From Octopus sinensis (lineage: Eukaryota), in NCBI RefSeq assembly GCF_006345805.1, contig NC_043011.1, positions 14,520,464-14,584,463 on the forward strand: a stretch of DNA of 64,000 bases, in the 5' to 3' direction. Shown piece after piece: positions 26,352 through 40,110 of the stretch (the first letter of the stretch is position 1; each line of letters starts with the position of its first letter). The notes under the pieces were generated by a model. The model was not told where the DNA came from, did no database searches, and worked only from the letters and a program-made list of their open reading frames with translations. The position numbers and the translations under genes are program-made.

Positions 26352-26715
26352 ATATGCACACGATATTCTCCACACGTTTCTGTTATATTTTAAAGTAAGA
26401 AAGCACACAAATTCTGGAAACAGACATACGTGAAGATACATAATTTATGCGTGTATATGTCTCTTTGTGTATAAAACTTCCTCTACGTATTCTTGTACGT
26501 GCATGCTTGTATGCATGTTTGTATATACACCAATATTTGTGTGTGTTTGTATTTGTATGTATATGTGTCCATAAAAGTACACAGATATATATATATATAT
26601 GCAAAGAAAATTGCAATTTCGCACATGCTAGTAGAAAATGAAAATCAAAAACAAACAAGAATATTTACACTAGTGACTCAGTTCATCTTTCTAGAAGGAA
26701 GCTAAAAAACATGTA
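26352..26715 (+). repeat. Local duplicated segment, copy 1 (copy 2 at 28297-28713)
   Basis: Collinear match including long identical runs such as TTAAAGTAAGAAAGCACACAAATTCTGGAAACAGACATACGTGAAGATACATAATTTATGCGTG. Confidence 0.9.
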
Positions 26716-27539
26716 TCCGTATCCCTTGAAAATCGTATGCACTCATCATAATTAATTTTATGATGCTGTCTCATATATTTTTCAATGTTTTTATCACTTA
26801 TAGAACAATTCAATACTTCTAAGTTTGTTAATCAGCCGCATGAAATAGAACGGATGTGAAGCAGAGTCGACATAGCCACGTAGATTAAGAACTTCGCTTA
26901 ACACCCCTGTGGTTCACTGTTCGATATCAAGCGCAGCGTTATCTTGCGCACGGATCAATATCTTGTGAATGAAATGTGTTAGGCGGAAATGGTGCAGAAT
27001 CCCGTCATGTGTGTCTGTGTGGGTGTGTGTATGTATGCATGTATCTATGTACGCTTCTTGCTTGTATCTGCTTGTGTGTGTGAGTGTCCGCGTGTGTGTG
27101 CGCGCGTGCGTGTGGTTGCGTGCGTATTTCATCAATCTGAATCATTGAAAGATGTACACATTTAGAGCCTAAAGCTACTGTACTTGTATCCACAACTGAT
27201 TATGTCTAAACCACACAGGAACTTATCGTCACTGCCACTGTAGGAAATACAGTAACTTGCCACTATTTTGAGCTGTAACAAACAACACCATTGTTCATAT
27301 AATCATGATATACAATATAATAATTCGAGGTTACCACAGGCTGAGGAGCAATGTGGATTCCTTCAACGATACCAAAATTTATTTGTGTATCGTGAGTAGC
27401 TCACACAAATCTTCACCTCTAACTATCGTTTCGGGCGGGTTGCCCGGGCCAAAACCATTCTTTTCTCTATGTATTCCTGTCTTTTGAAGTCTTCTATTTG
27501 TAACTCGACATCACGAGAGAGTTGACCAATGTACGTCAT

Positions 27540-27930
27540 TCCGGTTCATCCGGCATGAGAATTCTGGTTCATCCGGCTGGGGATCTGTAGATGCAGCTCA
27601 CTCACTAATTCGTCTTTACTTCGATAGCAGTGATCAGCATATCTTGTCAGCTTCTCTCGAAAGATTGATGATATTTTGGAGATATTTGCATAAAATTTTT
27701 GCTTGGTTCCATGAGTTGTCGAGGACAGCACACAATATACATATGTAGGTCCCATCAATTTTGTTTTCCTTTACATCAGAGTCCATGCTGGTGAATGGTA
27801 AAGAAGAACTGATTCTATTATTGCCCTGAAGAATTTCTTTTTCATTCGGCCAGGCAGTGAACACTTTCAAAAATTCTTAATTTGTCCTTGCACTCCATAT
27901 CTCTTCGAGTGCATGTGCCTCACGTCATCT
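27540..27930 (-). mobile_element. RTE-clade LINE fragment (region C-terminal to RT), decayed
   Basis: ENKIDGTY..ILCAVL..SW followed by LTRYADHCYRSKDELVSEL resembles the RTE DGTYTRMLR...RFAGHC pattern. Confidence 0.75.
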
Positions 27931-28296
27931 AAATTTCAGGAATAATTAGTAGGCTTTTGGGGAATGTATATTTAATTTGGTCTGTCACCCCATACAGGCA
28001 AACAGATCGTTTCTTATTCGCTTAGCACACCAATTTGGAACTAATTCTTTGTCACCGTACTTTAATACCAAATTTAATAACAATCCTTTCTTCAACCAAA
28101 AGGAGTAGATAAGCTGTTGATCCAGACCGAACCATTAGCCATAGAAGACATTAGAAATTCGCCTTAAAAGGTCAAGAATCACCAAGATACCAGCTCGAGG
28201 TGACATCCTAGACACACACCTAGAAAAATACACAAACATTTGTAACGAGGCCTATAAAGGAATATGTATGTATATGCTTAGATATATATATTATGT

Positions 28297-28713
28297 ATAT
28301 GCACACGACATTCTCCACACATTTTTGTTATATTTTAAAGTAAGAAAGCACACAAATTCTGGAAACAGACATACGTGAAGATACATAATTTATGCGTGAA
28401 TATGTCTCTTTGTGTATAAAACTTCCTCTACGATTCTTGCATCTGTATGCCTGTATGCATGTTTGTATATATATATATATATATATATTATATATTATAT
28501 ATATATATATCAATATTTGTATGTGTTTGTATTTGTATGTAAATGTGTAGGGGCAGTGTCTATAAATGCACATAGATATATATGCAAAGAAAATTGCAAA
28601 TTCGCACATGTTAGTAGCATAACATTCTGCTATAAGGAAATGAAAATCAAAAACAAGAATATTTACAGTAGTGACTCAGTTCATCTTTCTAGAAGGAAGC
28701 TAAAAAACATGTA
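28297..28713 (+). repeat. Local duplicated segment, copy 2
   Basis: Homologous to 26352-26715 with several small insertions. Confidence 0.9.
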
Positions 28714-29591
28714 GCAGCCTTCTCAAAGTTTTTAGTTATTCCATTTCCAAAGGTGAGAATTATATTCTCACCTCTAACCTTAAAAATCTAAAATCTAGCC
28801 TTAAAAATCACCTCACATCGATTCCATCCTAAGACGTAATCAAAACAGTTTCTGCCAAAACAGGTCAATACTACCTACATATTGTATGTCGATGTTGTCA
28901 TAGATACCTTAGAGATGGATGAAGTTCTGAGAGCGGAGTTGGCGAAATGGACAGGGTAATAGATAATCAATTCGGAGATCAACTGTTAGTTTCCTACCAT
29001 CGGTTCTTGAACTATGCCATTGACCATAAACATATAACCCGGTTCGTTATATGATGCCACATGTTAGAAAAATGTCATTGGCCAAAACTGTGATGGCTCT
29101 GTGAGCTCAATAAGTGCTCCGTTAGCTTGGAACACTGAGGTCAATGTCTCTGAGAGATCTGGGGAAGGCATCGAAGAGTCATTGATTATAGTGTTATCGC
29201 CCATATAACCACAATGTAAAGAGTTTTTCGGCGGTACTCTAACAACACATTGTTAATTTATGGCGACGGAAGTCTTATTGGAACAATTCCAGTCATAATT
29301 GACCATTTCAAAGCTATGAATTCTGTTGTAACGTTGGGTCTTTGAATAACTGTTCTCGGAAAGTTATGATAAATAACTAAGAAAACATAAATTTTAGCTC
29401 CTGCTAATAGTCAAGAAAAAAATCCTCTAGAATATTCTTTATGACCAAATAATAATTAGATTTGCTGCAACGAATGCTTTCTGAAAGTTGTGACTTATAA
29501 AAAGTAACACTTTTTCAACATTATTACTTTATTCCTTTTTATTTATATTTTTATATTTGTCCAGACATATATACTAAAATATATATACAAA

Positions 29592-30290
<699 letters not shown>

Positions 30291-30661
30291 ATGTATAGAA
30301 TTCTGAGCTATACTGATATATATTTATAAGTATGCGTGCAGACATTTACACGTATTGATAAAGAACTAAGAGACTTAATCAACAATGACTCAGTTTCGAT
30401 AAAAAAAAAGAAGACAAATTTGAGATCCATTAATACAGTTAATGGTAAATCTTCAGGCTATAACCATTTCAATTGGTCAAAGACAGACTAGAACAAAATA
30501 CTATAGATGGAACATTTCAAGTTGTTCACTTGTATAGCATGTTGCCAAAATAGTTTTTTTTTCTAAAGACTTTAACGCTGAACGATATTGTAAATAACTG
30601 TTATTTGGATTGAAAGCTTATAACATTTTTACAATTCTATGACATATAAACTATACCCTTT

Positions 30662-31120
30662 ATTTTATCTTTTACTTGTTTCGGTAATTAGACTGCGTCC
30701 AGGCTGGGGCACCGCCTTGAAGAATTTTTCAGTCGATCACAGTTCTTAGTTTTTTAAAGCCTGCTATTTACTCTATCGGTATCTTTTGTTTAAAGGCGGC
30801 GAGCAGGCAGAAACGTTAGCACGCCGGGCGAAATGCTTTGCGGTATTTCGTCCGCCGCTACGTTCTGAGTTCAAATTCCGCCGAGGTCGACTTTGCCTTT
30901 CATCCTTTCGGGGTCGATTAAATAAGTACCAGTTACGCACTGGGGTCCATGTAATCGACTTAATCCCCTTGTTTGTCCCTGTTTGTCCCCTCTATGTTTA
31001 GCCCCTTGTAGGTAGTAAAGAAATAGGTATCTCCTGTCGAAACGCTAGACTAGGGACGTAAATGCACTAGTAGCGGTTGCCAAGCGGAGATAGGGTACAA
31101 ACAGACAGAGAGGCATACAC
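30662..31120 (-). mobile_element. SINE family B 3' half, interrupted by a SINE A copy
   Basis: B-tail sequence at 30662-30790 continues at about 31030-31120 after the A insertion. Confidence 0.65.
30793..31028 (+). mobile_element. SINE family A, full length, nested in SINE B
   Basis: GGCGGCGAGCAGGCAGAAACGTTAGC...AAAGAAATAGGTAT. Confidence 0.93.
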
Positions 31121-31169
31121 GCGCGCACGCAACACACACACAGACGCTGACACACGTATATATATATAT

Positions 31170-31420
31170 ATATAGGGAGAGTTTACGAAAAAACAAAAGA
31201 CGAAGACAGGTGGTGTACAAAACAAACAGATGTATTAGTATAACGCTCAGGAATAGAAAAAGTCTTTTACGTTTCGAGCCTATGCTCTTCTACAGAAAGG
31301 GACAGAAAAAAACAAGGAGAGAAACAAGGAGTATATCTTAGAGGAAGAAGGACAACAAAATCAAGGCAGGACACCCGTCCTGTCTTGGTTTTGTTGTCTT
31401 TTTTCCTCCAATATATACGT
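31170..31420 (-). mobile_element. Penelope-like terminal repeat relic with minimal hammerhead motif
   Basis: Abuts (TA)n; minus strand 31264-31299 folds as a minimal type I hammerhead. Confidence 0.6.
31264..31299 (-). ncRNA. Minimal type I hammerhead motif with one core substitution
   Basis: CTTT-CTGTAGA-A-GAGC-ATAG-GCTC-GAAA-CG-TA-AAAG; position 6 is U instead of A. Confidence 0.6.
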
Positions 31421-31533
31421 GCTAACTCAGAAGCCTACTACAGATCCCTAGCTCCTGCCTCAGCAGTGAATTATAGCACGTACACAGCGAACCTATACGT
31501 TTAGATTACCAGTAAACTAAACCTCTCATATTC

Positions 31534-31565
<32 letters not shown>

Positions 31566-31610
31566 CATACATACATACAACACACACACACACATATATA
31601 TATATACATA

Positions 31611-31897
31611 TCCGTGATCACCGTGACCACCAGGCTATCAGATATTGCTACACATCGCTGGTCACAATGCGCTTGGCATTGTTTTAGCCTTCAAATGACT
31701 CCACTCCGCTAGCTAAGCGAGCAGGTCAACAGAAGAAAGAGTGAGAGAAAGTTGTGGCAAAAGAGTACAGCAGGGATGGCCACCACCCCCTGCCGGAGCA
31801 TCGTAGAACTTTAGGTGTTTTCGCTCAAAAAACACTCACAACGCCCGGTGTGGGAATCGAAACCGCGATCCTACGACCGCGCATCCGCTGCGCCTCC
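31611..31897 (-). mobile_element. SINE head C (A box deleted) plus a third tail type
   Basis: Body matches 4530-4680. The 3' part GCTAAAACAATGCCAAGCGCATTGTGACCAGCGATGTG...GTGATCACGGA differs from the tails at 4503 and 18662. Confidence 0.85.
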
Positions 31898-32107
31898 ACA
31901 CACACACACACACACACACACACCACACACACATATACATATATCACTATGAGCTATGAAGATGCCCACGGAGACTCTGCATCTATGAATAGAAATCATC
32001 CAGTTATCTTAACGACTCCGACCCCGGCCACAATGGCTTCGAAACTTGTGTTATAATTTCTATTCCAGTATATGTAAGAGTTTACGGTTCGAAATATCGG
32101 TATATCA

Positions 32108-32545
32108 TAGGGCAGGCGTGGTTGTGTGGTAAGAAGTTTTCTTTCCAACCACATGGTTCCGGGTTCACTTCCACTGTGAGACACCTTGGGCAAATCTCTT
32201 CTACTACAACCCCGGGCCGACCAAAGTAGATTTGGTAGATAGAAGCCCGTTGTATATATATAGTATATGTGTGTGTGTATGCGTACGTGCGTGTGTGTGT
32301 GTATGTGTTCATATATGTCTTTGTGTATATGTGCGTGCCGTTGTGCATGTGTTTGCTCTCCATCGCCTCTTAACAAGCAATATTGTATGGTTTATGTCCC
32401 TGTATCAACGGTTCGGTAAAAGAAATCTACCGAATAAGGACAAGGCTTGAAAAAAGTACTGAGGAAAATTTGTTCGACTATAAACCTTCAAGGTGTTGAT
32501 CCAGCATGGCCGCAGCCCAGTAACTGAAACAAGTAAAAGAGAAAA
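32108..32545 (+). mobile_element. SINE family B, diverged
   Basis: Head, internal TA/TG tract and CCAGCATGGCCGCAG...CTGAAACAAGTAAAAGA tail. Confidence 0.88.
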
Positions 32546-32848
32546 GATAAATTTAATTTAGAGTTGTAAGGTAAAAATCTACAGGTACGTGTCTTTGGTA
32601 GTCACAAATTTTTAGCTTGACTATGGTAAGTTAATTCTGCGGTCACACTACGAGTTTATCTCTCTGCGGCCAGAAAAACCAAAAAATCAAAAAACAAAAC
32701 AAACTGATTAGTTTCAGTGTTTCTGTTAATTTATTCAATATAAACGTTGCTAACGTTTGCGATACGGATATGCACTGAAATGCGATAAATATTTATAAGC
32801 CAATACTTTTCCCGTCGTCAGGAAAATGATTAACCAATATAAAAATTT

Positions 32849-32880
<32 letters not shown>

Positions 32881-33002
32881 CATACATGCATGCACACATA
32901 CATACATACATGCATACGTACGTACATACATATGAATGCATACTTAATCTATACTTACACTTCTCTGTTTCTCTTTCTCTCTCACTCTCATTCACTGTAT
33001 GC

Positions 33003-33054
<52 letters not shown>

Positions 33055-33692
33055 CACGCACATTTATGTATATGTGTGTGAGCGTAAGTGGTGTTGTGTG
33101 TGTCTGTATTTATATTATATGTGTACGTTTGCATGTGTGCACTGGTGCGCGGTTGAGCGTACTCATGTTTATGCGTTTTTGATTGAATATTTTTACGTCG
33201 GTACGTCACCTGTACGTGTGTTGTGTTTGTATAATAATGTACGTACGTAGGAGAGAGTCTTTGTGCTAGTTCCCGCTTATAATTCATTTTCAATATCCTC
33301 CTCTGAATAGCTGATATATGTGTCTCTATTTACATAGTATATCTTCAAACTCAATAACTCATATGACTGTTAACAATACATAATAGGCATGATCACATCG
33401 GAGCTACTGCGTATAAGAGAAATAATCGGTGCACAGTTCTGCTGCAATGGTATCATTGATATAATTTCCGAAAATTACTCTAAATACATTCAATTTCTAA
33501 TGCTTAATATCTTATGACAGATAGTTTAGTTGTCTTCTTTATGATATTAAACCATAAAATGACTTAATAACGCTATAACAGCTAATTTAGGTAGCTTTTT
33601 TTCGAAAAGTGATACTTTAAGAGAAATTCCATGAACAGTTTAAAAATAACATGATTTATATCAACGTGAAATATGAATCAGTCCATTAACAA

Positions 33693-34290
<598 letters not shown>

Positions 34291-37200
34291 TATCTCCGTT
34301 TGCTTCATACTTGCCGTTATCTCTCACGAATGCATACACTAAAAGTATGCATTCGTGTGACTGTGTGTTACTCACACAGCCCATTTTAACTAACACGTAT
34401 ATATTTCACATATAAATAAATAGCGCGCGCATAGAATAGAATCAGACCTAACACGACAGAGGTATTCAGAGCATTTTAAAGTATATGAATAACAATAAGT
34501 CTTAACAACTATTACACGTCCATACGTCTTTGTGTAGAGAAGAACTTGAAAACACATCTTGTTCTTCTGTTCAGTGGTCAAAGGTGAGTAATTGTTTCTG
34601 TTACTTAAGGTTTCGTCTCAACGCCTAAAGTGAAATTTGTTTCTGTCAATGTATATAAATACTATTGTATTTCATTGCATTTAGTTTTGAAACCAACAAC
34701 AATGTCCTCGCCTGTTTAAGGAAGAAATGAATGCAATACTCGTATCTTTGATAGTTTTTGAACAGGCTGCTTACTGATCTCCATACGCAAATTTTTCACA
34801 TTGCTTCAACTAATACGCTGCAAATGGTATATCTATTTCGCACGATTTTAGTACTTCTTGACATTTCAGTGTACAATTTTAATTGAAAATTCTCTTGTCA
34901 GGAGATATTAGCAAAAGTTCATGCCAAACTCTTAATCATATTACTTCGTCCGTCTTATACTGTAACCGACAATATTTCTGGCCTCTCTTCACATACGAAA
35001 TCTCTACAGGGAAGACATTTTACATGTAAATATGTTCATTTATTTCTGAATTTTGTTATTTTTGTCTTTTAAAGTTTCAAGAGAGCAGTGTAAGTATCAT
35101 TTAGTGGTGGGAAGTGGAAAGTTGTTGAGAGTAAGTTATACTTTTTGATGTCAACAATATGGCTGACGAAAATATTCTAGCGTATAATTTTCTGAAACGG
35201 TGTGTCTCGAAACAAATAAAGCTATAAATAATAGCGTGTGAATATCAAGCTAAGAAAACCTCACCCAGAAGGTTTTTAATTCAATGTTTACACGCTGTTA
35301 TTCATAGCTCTATTTGTTTCAAGATCCACCGTTTCAAAATAGAATTATTTTAATGTTTTCTTGAAGTATATAAATTCTTATGACGTCAACATACCTCAGT
35401 GTGTTGAGGAACTTCATCCAGCCGAGAATGAGCAAAGCATATTAGAAGTTAGTTAGCGAAACTAATATGTGATAAATATATGAAGAAAGAGGAAGAATGT
35501 AATGTGGTTCATAACATACTGATTGGGATTATCAACAACTGGTCTAAGGGAAAATGTTACCCTAATCCTAATCCTAACCCTAATGCAAATACGGTATCAA
35601 ATATATATAGTGAGTTGAACAGCTTCGATCCAAGTAATTATGAAACAAAAATTCCCTCTAAGAGTATTTGAAATGTAAAGAGAACAAGATCAGTTCATCG
35701 AAATCTTTGGACAATATCAACCATGCAGTCTGAAGTGAATGTGGTTTTAAGCTAACTGGTGAAAGCAAGGAACAAGTTTCCTGAATATGGCCGTGAAAAA
35801 ATACCCCAGGGAAGCTTTCTGCGTACTGTGCTGTCTTATTTATCATATCTTAATTTGGATGAATGTAAGCTGTCATGAATTAGGGGTCCAAAAGCTTTGT
35901 ATAAATGTGGCTAAAAATCTATGTAAATTCTAATATATCACGTACTAAATACAAATATAGTAGGATAAGTTGAAAACATTTATCAACTGAAATCATTCAA
36001 GTAGACAAAATTTCCCTTTACAGGGGATCACAATCTAAAACCAACATACAAAGGACATAATTTCAATAAGATCAGTTGACCTCAATGTTTTTAGACAATA
36101 TAGAAATGGAGATTGGAATGTATCTAGCTTTAAAATGATGACATTCAAAAGAACAAAAATTTGTTTACAGCAATCATGGAAAAAGGTTTAAGATCACTGC
36201 ATGACATTTCATGAATTTTATGGAGAGAAATTTTACCCAAGCAAGCAAATGAGTCTTCTTATATAAATCTCCATGTTCTATAGACCTGCCAGATGTAAGA
36301 CCAGATCTATTTGAGCTTTGATGAATTAAAATTCCTGAATAGAGGAAACTAAGTCTCTCAGATAATACTTTACAAATATATCATTGGAAATAGTGAGTCG
36401 TAAAAAGTGTAGAGGAGGAAATAACTCTATTTAAAAACTTAAAATTAGATATTTATCTCTTTTCTGAATCTAAAATAACCTTGTTAAGAACTTAGAAAAT
36501 TTCAGCTTTCTAAAACATTGCTTTACAAACCAGATAAAATCACATTTTATGAAGTTAAACATAGTTTCAGTTTTACAAAATCTGTGAGAAATACTTTTGA
36601 ATCTATTTCGTATATTTGCCACTACCAATAGCGGACGATAATTTTAGCTTGCATAAAGTATAAGAAATGTCCATTCACAGCACCATGTTGTAAATCAACC
36701 ACAATAACAAAAGGTATTTAGAAATACCTTGAAATTCCTGTACATGAATTCACATTAATTTCTGTTAAATTATTTACGACTAAACGAACCGACTTCAAAT
36801 GAAATATATGTGCAATAACGAATAGATTTAGGATTAAAAGGTCAAGAATAAAAGAGTCCGCGTATGCAATGTTTTTATATCAATCTTTCTACCTTAAAAT
36901 CTCTCAAGCGTAATTTACCTCGATCGACACTTATTGAACATCAAACATGTTGAGTAGAATGTTTAAGTGTTAGAATGGTCTTCCATTGAAAGGTTGGAAC
37001 CTTCTGTAGTTTCTCAGCTGCAGAAATTCAAGGAAGCAGGTGGCATAAATAACACACCGTTCTTTCTGAAGTGACGCTGCATATTTCAGGTACCTACACT
37101 CATTCTGTTTCGATTCTTATTTTGTTTTTATTTTTCATTTTAGATCTTGCTGTGTATGCAATATAAATGTTTTAGAGAAGCGGTCAAGTCATTAAAGATT

Positions 37201-37386
37201 GCTTCATTGGCTAAATGATAGATAATGTAGTTTTCATAGCGCGCACTTCTTATTTCCATATTTCCTTATTTCATCACATGTGCTGTCTTATTTATCATAT
37301 CTTAATTTGGATGAATGTAAGCTGTCAAGAATTAGGGGTCCAAAAGTTTTGTATAAATGTGGCTAAACATCTATGTATAACGTCTG

Positions 37387-37586
37387 GCGCAGGCATGGCT
37401 GAAACGCGCAGGCGTGGTTGATACGCACAGGCGTAGATGTGTGGTTAAAAAGCTTGCTTCCTAAACACATGGTTTCGGGTTTAGTTCCACTGCGTGACAC
37501 CTTGGTTATGTGTCTTCTACTATAGTCTCGGGCTGACCCAAGCCTTGAGGGTGGATTTTGTAGACGGAATCTGAAAGAAGCCCGTC

Positions 37587-37590
<4 letters not shown>
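37387..37590 (+). mobile_element. SINE family B head with triplicated 5' end, ending at its internal (TA)n
   Basis: GCGCAGGC-type starts at 37387, 37406 and 37425, followed by the normal head. Confidence 0.85.
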
Positions 37591-37624
<34 letters not shown>

Positions 37625-38400
37625 TTGATTAGAGATAATCTCCTGATTGCCTCAATTTCATTCGAGCACTTCTTTTTTGCAGTCCTATATATGATTTTTG
37701 TTTCCATACAAAGAAACGGAAATTATTTGACATCAGGGCAGTATACAAGAGTAGTACAACACTTCGCAAATATCTCCTTCGGGTAAAACCACCAACAGAA
37801 GAGAATATGACCAAAGACTGTGCGTACTCCATCCCATGCAGTTGTGGTAGGTTATATAGAGGCGAAACATGTCGCCCACTCAAAATAAGCTTAGAGGAAC
37901 ATCGTAAAGCTGTGACACGAAATGTTGAAAAATCGGGTATAGCTGATCATATATGGAAAAATGGAGACCACCTTCCCCTGTGGGATGAAGTTAAATCGTA
38001 ATGTAAATTACAGCTTTTGCGTTTTATTCCTTCTCACAGTAGGCTTGTCAGCCCTGTTAGTTTCGCTAGACCCCAGTTTTGAACACAATCCTGGACCCAT
38101 AAATTTCGTACCATTCAAATATGAATCAGAAATTGAGAAATCGACACTTCTATCAGTGAAAAAAACTTATAAAATTGCAACTTAAACTCTGATGATGTCA
38201 TTCCATCAACGTGTGGACGCTAGTTGCTCTCGTTCATACTTTATGTTTAAATTTCTGTAATTTTGAATTTTTATCACCTCTTATTTTGAATTCGACAAAG
38301 ACAGACGTACTGTTGAAATATCGTTCAACTAATAAAATATCTTACAACCGAATCGCGCTCTTCGTCTTGACTGTTTACCTTTGTGAAGAGTTACGTCAAT
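37625..38400 (+). mobile_element. Penelope-like element 3' fragment with GIY-YIG endonuclease remnant
   Basis: ORF 37807-38001 AYSIPCSCGRLYRGET.RPLKISLEEH..AV...EKSGIADHIW matches the PLE GIY-YIG pattern (YxIxCxCGxxYIGET...EH...S.IAEH). Confidence 0.85.
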
Positions 38401-38413
38401 CCTTTTTTAAAAT

Positions 38414-38495
<82 letters not shown>

Positions 38496-38500
38496 CAACA
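38414..38500 (+). repeat. (AAT)n/(AAC)n microsatellite
   Basis: Direct reading. Confidence 0.95.
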
Positions 38501-38547
38501 TCGAAAAATACCTTAGAAATGAGAATCCAGGTTCGAAATTTTCCCAA

Positions 38548-38593
38548 GACTCCTGATGAAAGCTGGAGGGTATATCAGCCGAAACGTTGTGTT
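38548..38593 (+). ncRNA. Minimal type I hammerhead motif, intact core with imperfect stems, in a short Penelope-like repeat (38500-38645)
   Basis: GACTC-CTGATGA-A-AGCTG-loop-CAGCC-GAAA-CG-TT-GTGTT. Confidence 0.6.
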
Positions 38594-39954
38594 AACAACG
38601 AACAAGACAAGGACAAATATCCGTTAAATGTAAATAATGTTAAATAAAGAAGTCAGTATGTAATTAAGATACTAAAGATAATGAAATATGATGAAGATAA
38701 TAAAATAAAATAAAATAAAGTCAATAAATGTAATGTAAAAAGAAAAAGAAAATATAAAAACCTAAAAGATGAAAAATAATAGAAAATTTTGCTTGAAATA
38801 ATATGGTAGAATATTTAATTTCCTTTTAAGGTTGATTCACTTAATATGAAATTTTGGTTGAATAGTGGAGGAATTGATACCCTATAAACATTTTATATTA
38901 TATTATATTTCAGCCAAGGAAGAATATTTGATATTTAATTCTTATTATAACGATGCTTTGATACACTGCGAAATTAATTTCATTAATGAAACAGAAAGAT
39001 CTAGAATCAAAAATAATAACAAAATGAGAAAACGAAATAAAACTTCAATTAATTACCTACTATCATCAAATATCGTTTTCAAATTATTAAGATAACATCC
39101 CATACAGAAATGTCAGAAAATTTTCGACAAAACATCATCACAATTTTATATTTCGACACAATGAACTTTGTTAATATACTCGAATATTCTAATTCATTTA
39201 GACATTCCAAATATCACAACAATGCAACTGTAATCACAGACACAAAGATATCTACCTTGCTGAGTGAAACTGTGCAATACTAAACAAATATGCATGACTC
39301 ACAGGATATCTATTCAAAATACGCTATAACTAATATATTGATGCGTTCCGTAACGTTGAGGGAAGTAAAGGTACATCATTTCCCACCTATATATGGAAAC
39401 TAAAATCCAACAGCATGAAGTGGAATACAATAGCGAACGTTAAGGTATACAGCGGGTCCAAAAGAGCCACGCAGTCTTCGAATAGCCAAAAACTATGAAA
39501 TTCTACGTACAATGAAATGTGTAATAAAGAAGCATTTGGAAAAATACGCCTTCAAACATACAACATCATAATATATTGAGATAGATGATATAATTCCTTT
39601 TATAACACTCCCTCTAATTTCTTTTGTACTTTAACCTAATTTCCGACATAATATGAAGAATCCCCAGCTTCTTGAAGGAAACTGAATATTCCATCATACC
39701 CAAAAAATTATTTTATTTTTAACTTTCAATTTTATTTTCTAACTGTTGCAAGATTTTTTTATATTATTTTTTTACATATTGACGGCATACTACTCCAAAA
39801 ATCACACTGTCCACTTCAATTAGGAAGAGGAGAGAGGATGAAACCCATAAACTGACCACAGTCTGTCTATCCCTCGTGAATGGCCTCTCGGAGAAGATAT
39901 AAACTAGATGAGGACACATATCCGTCCAATGTAAATAATGTTAATAATATATAT

Positions 39955-40110
39955 ACTACGGGCTTCTTTCAGTTTCCGTCTACTAAATCCACTCATAATA
40001 CTTTGGTCGGCCCTAGGCTATAGCAGAAGACACGCGACCGAGGTGCTCCGCAGTGGGACTGAACCCGCAACCCTGTGGTCGGGAGCAAGCTTCTTATCAC
40101 ACAGCCACAT
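39955..40110 (-). mobile_element. SINE family B head
   Basis: Reverse complement of the B head up to GAAAGAAGCCCGT. Confidence 0.85.

Noticed and set aside
38169-38205. CTGATGA in the PLE 3' region
   Set aside because: The GAAA core and stem III are not recoverable; at most a relic.
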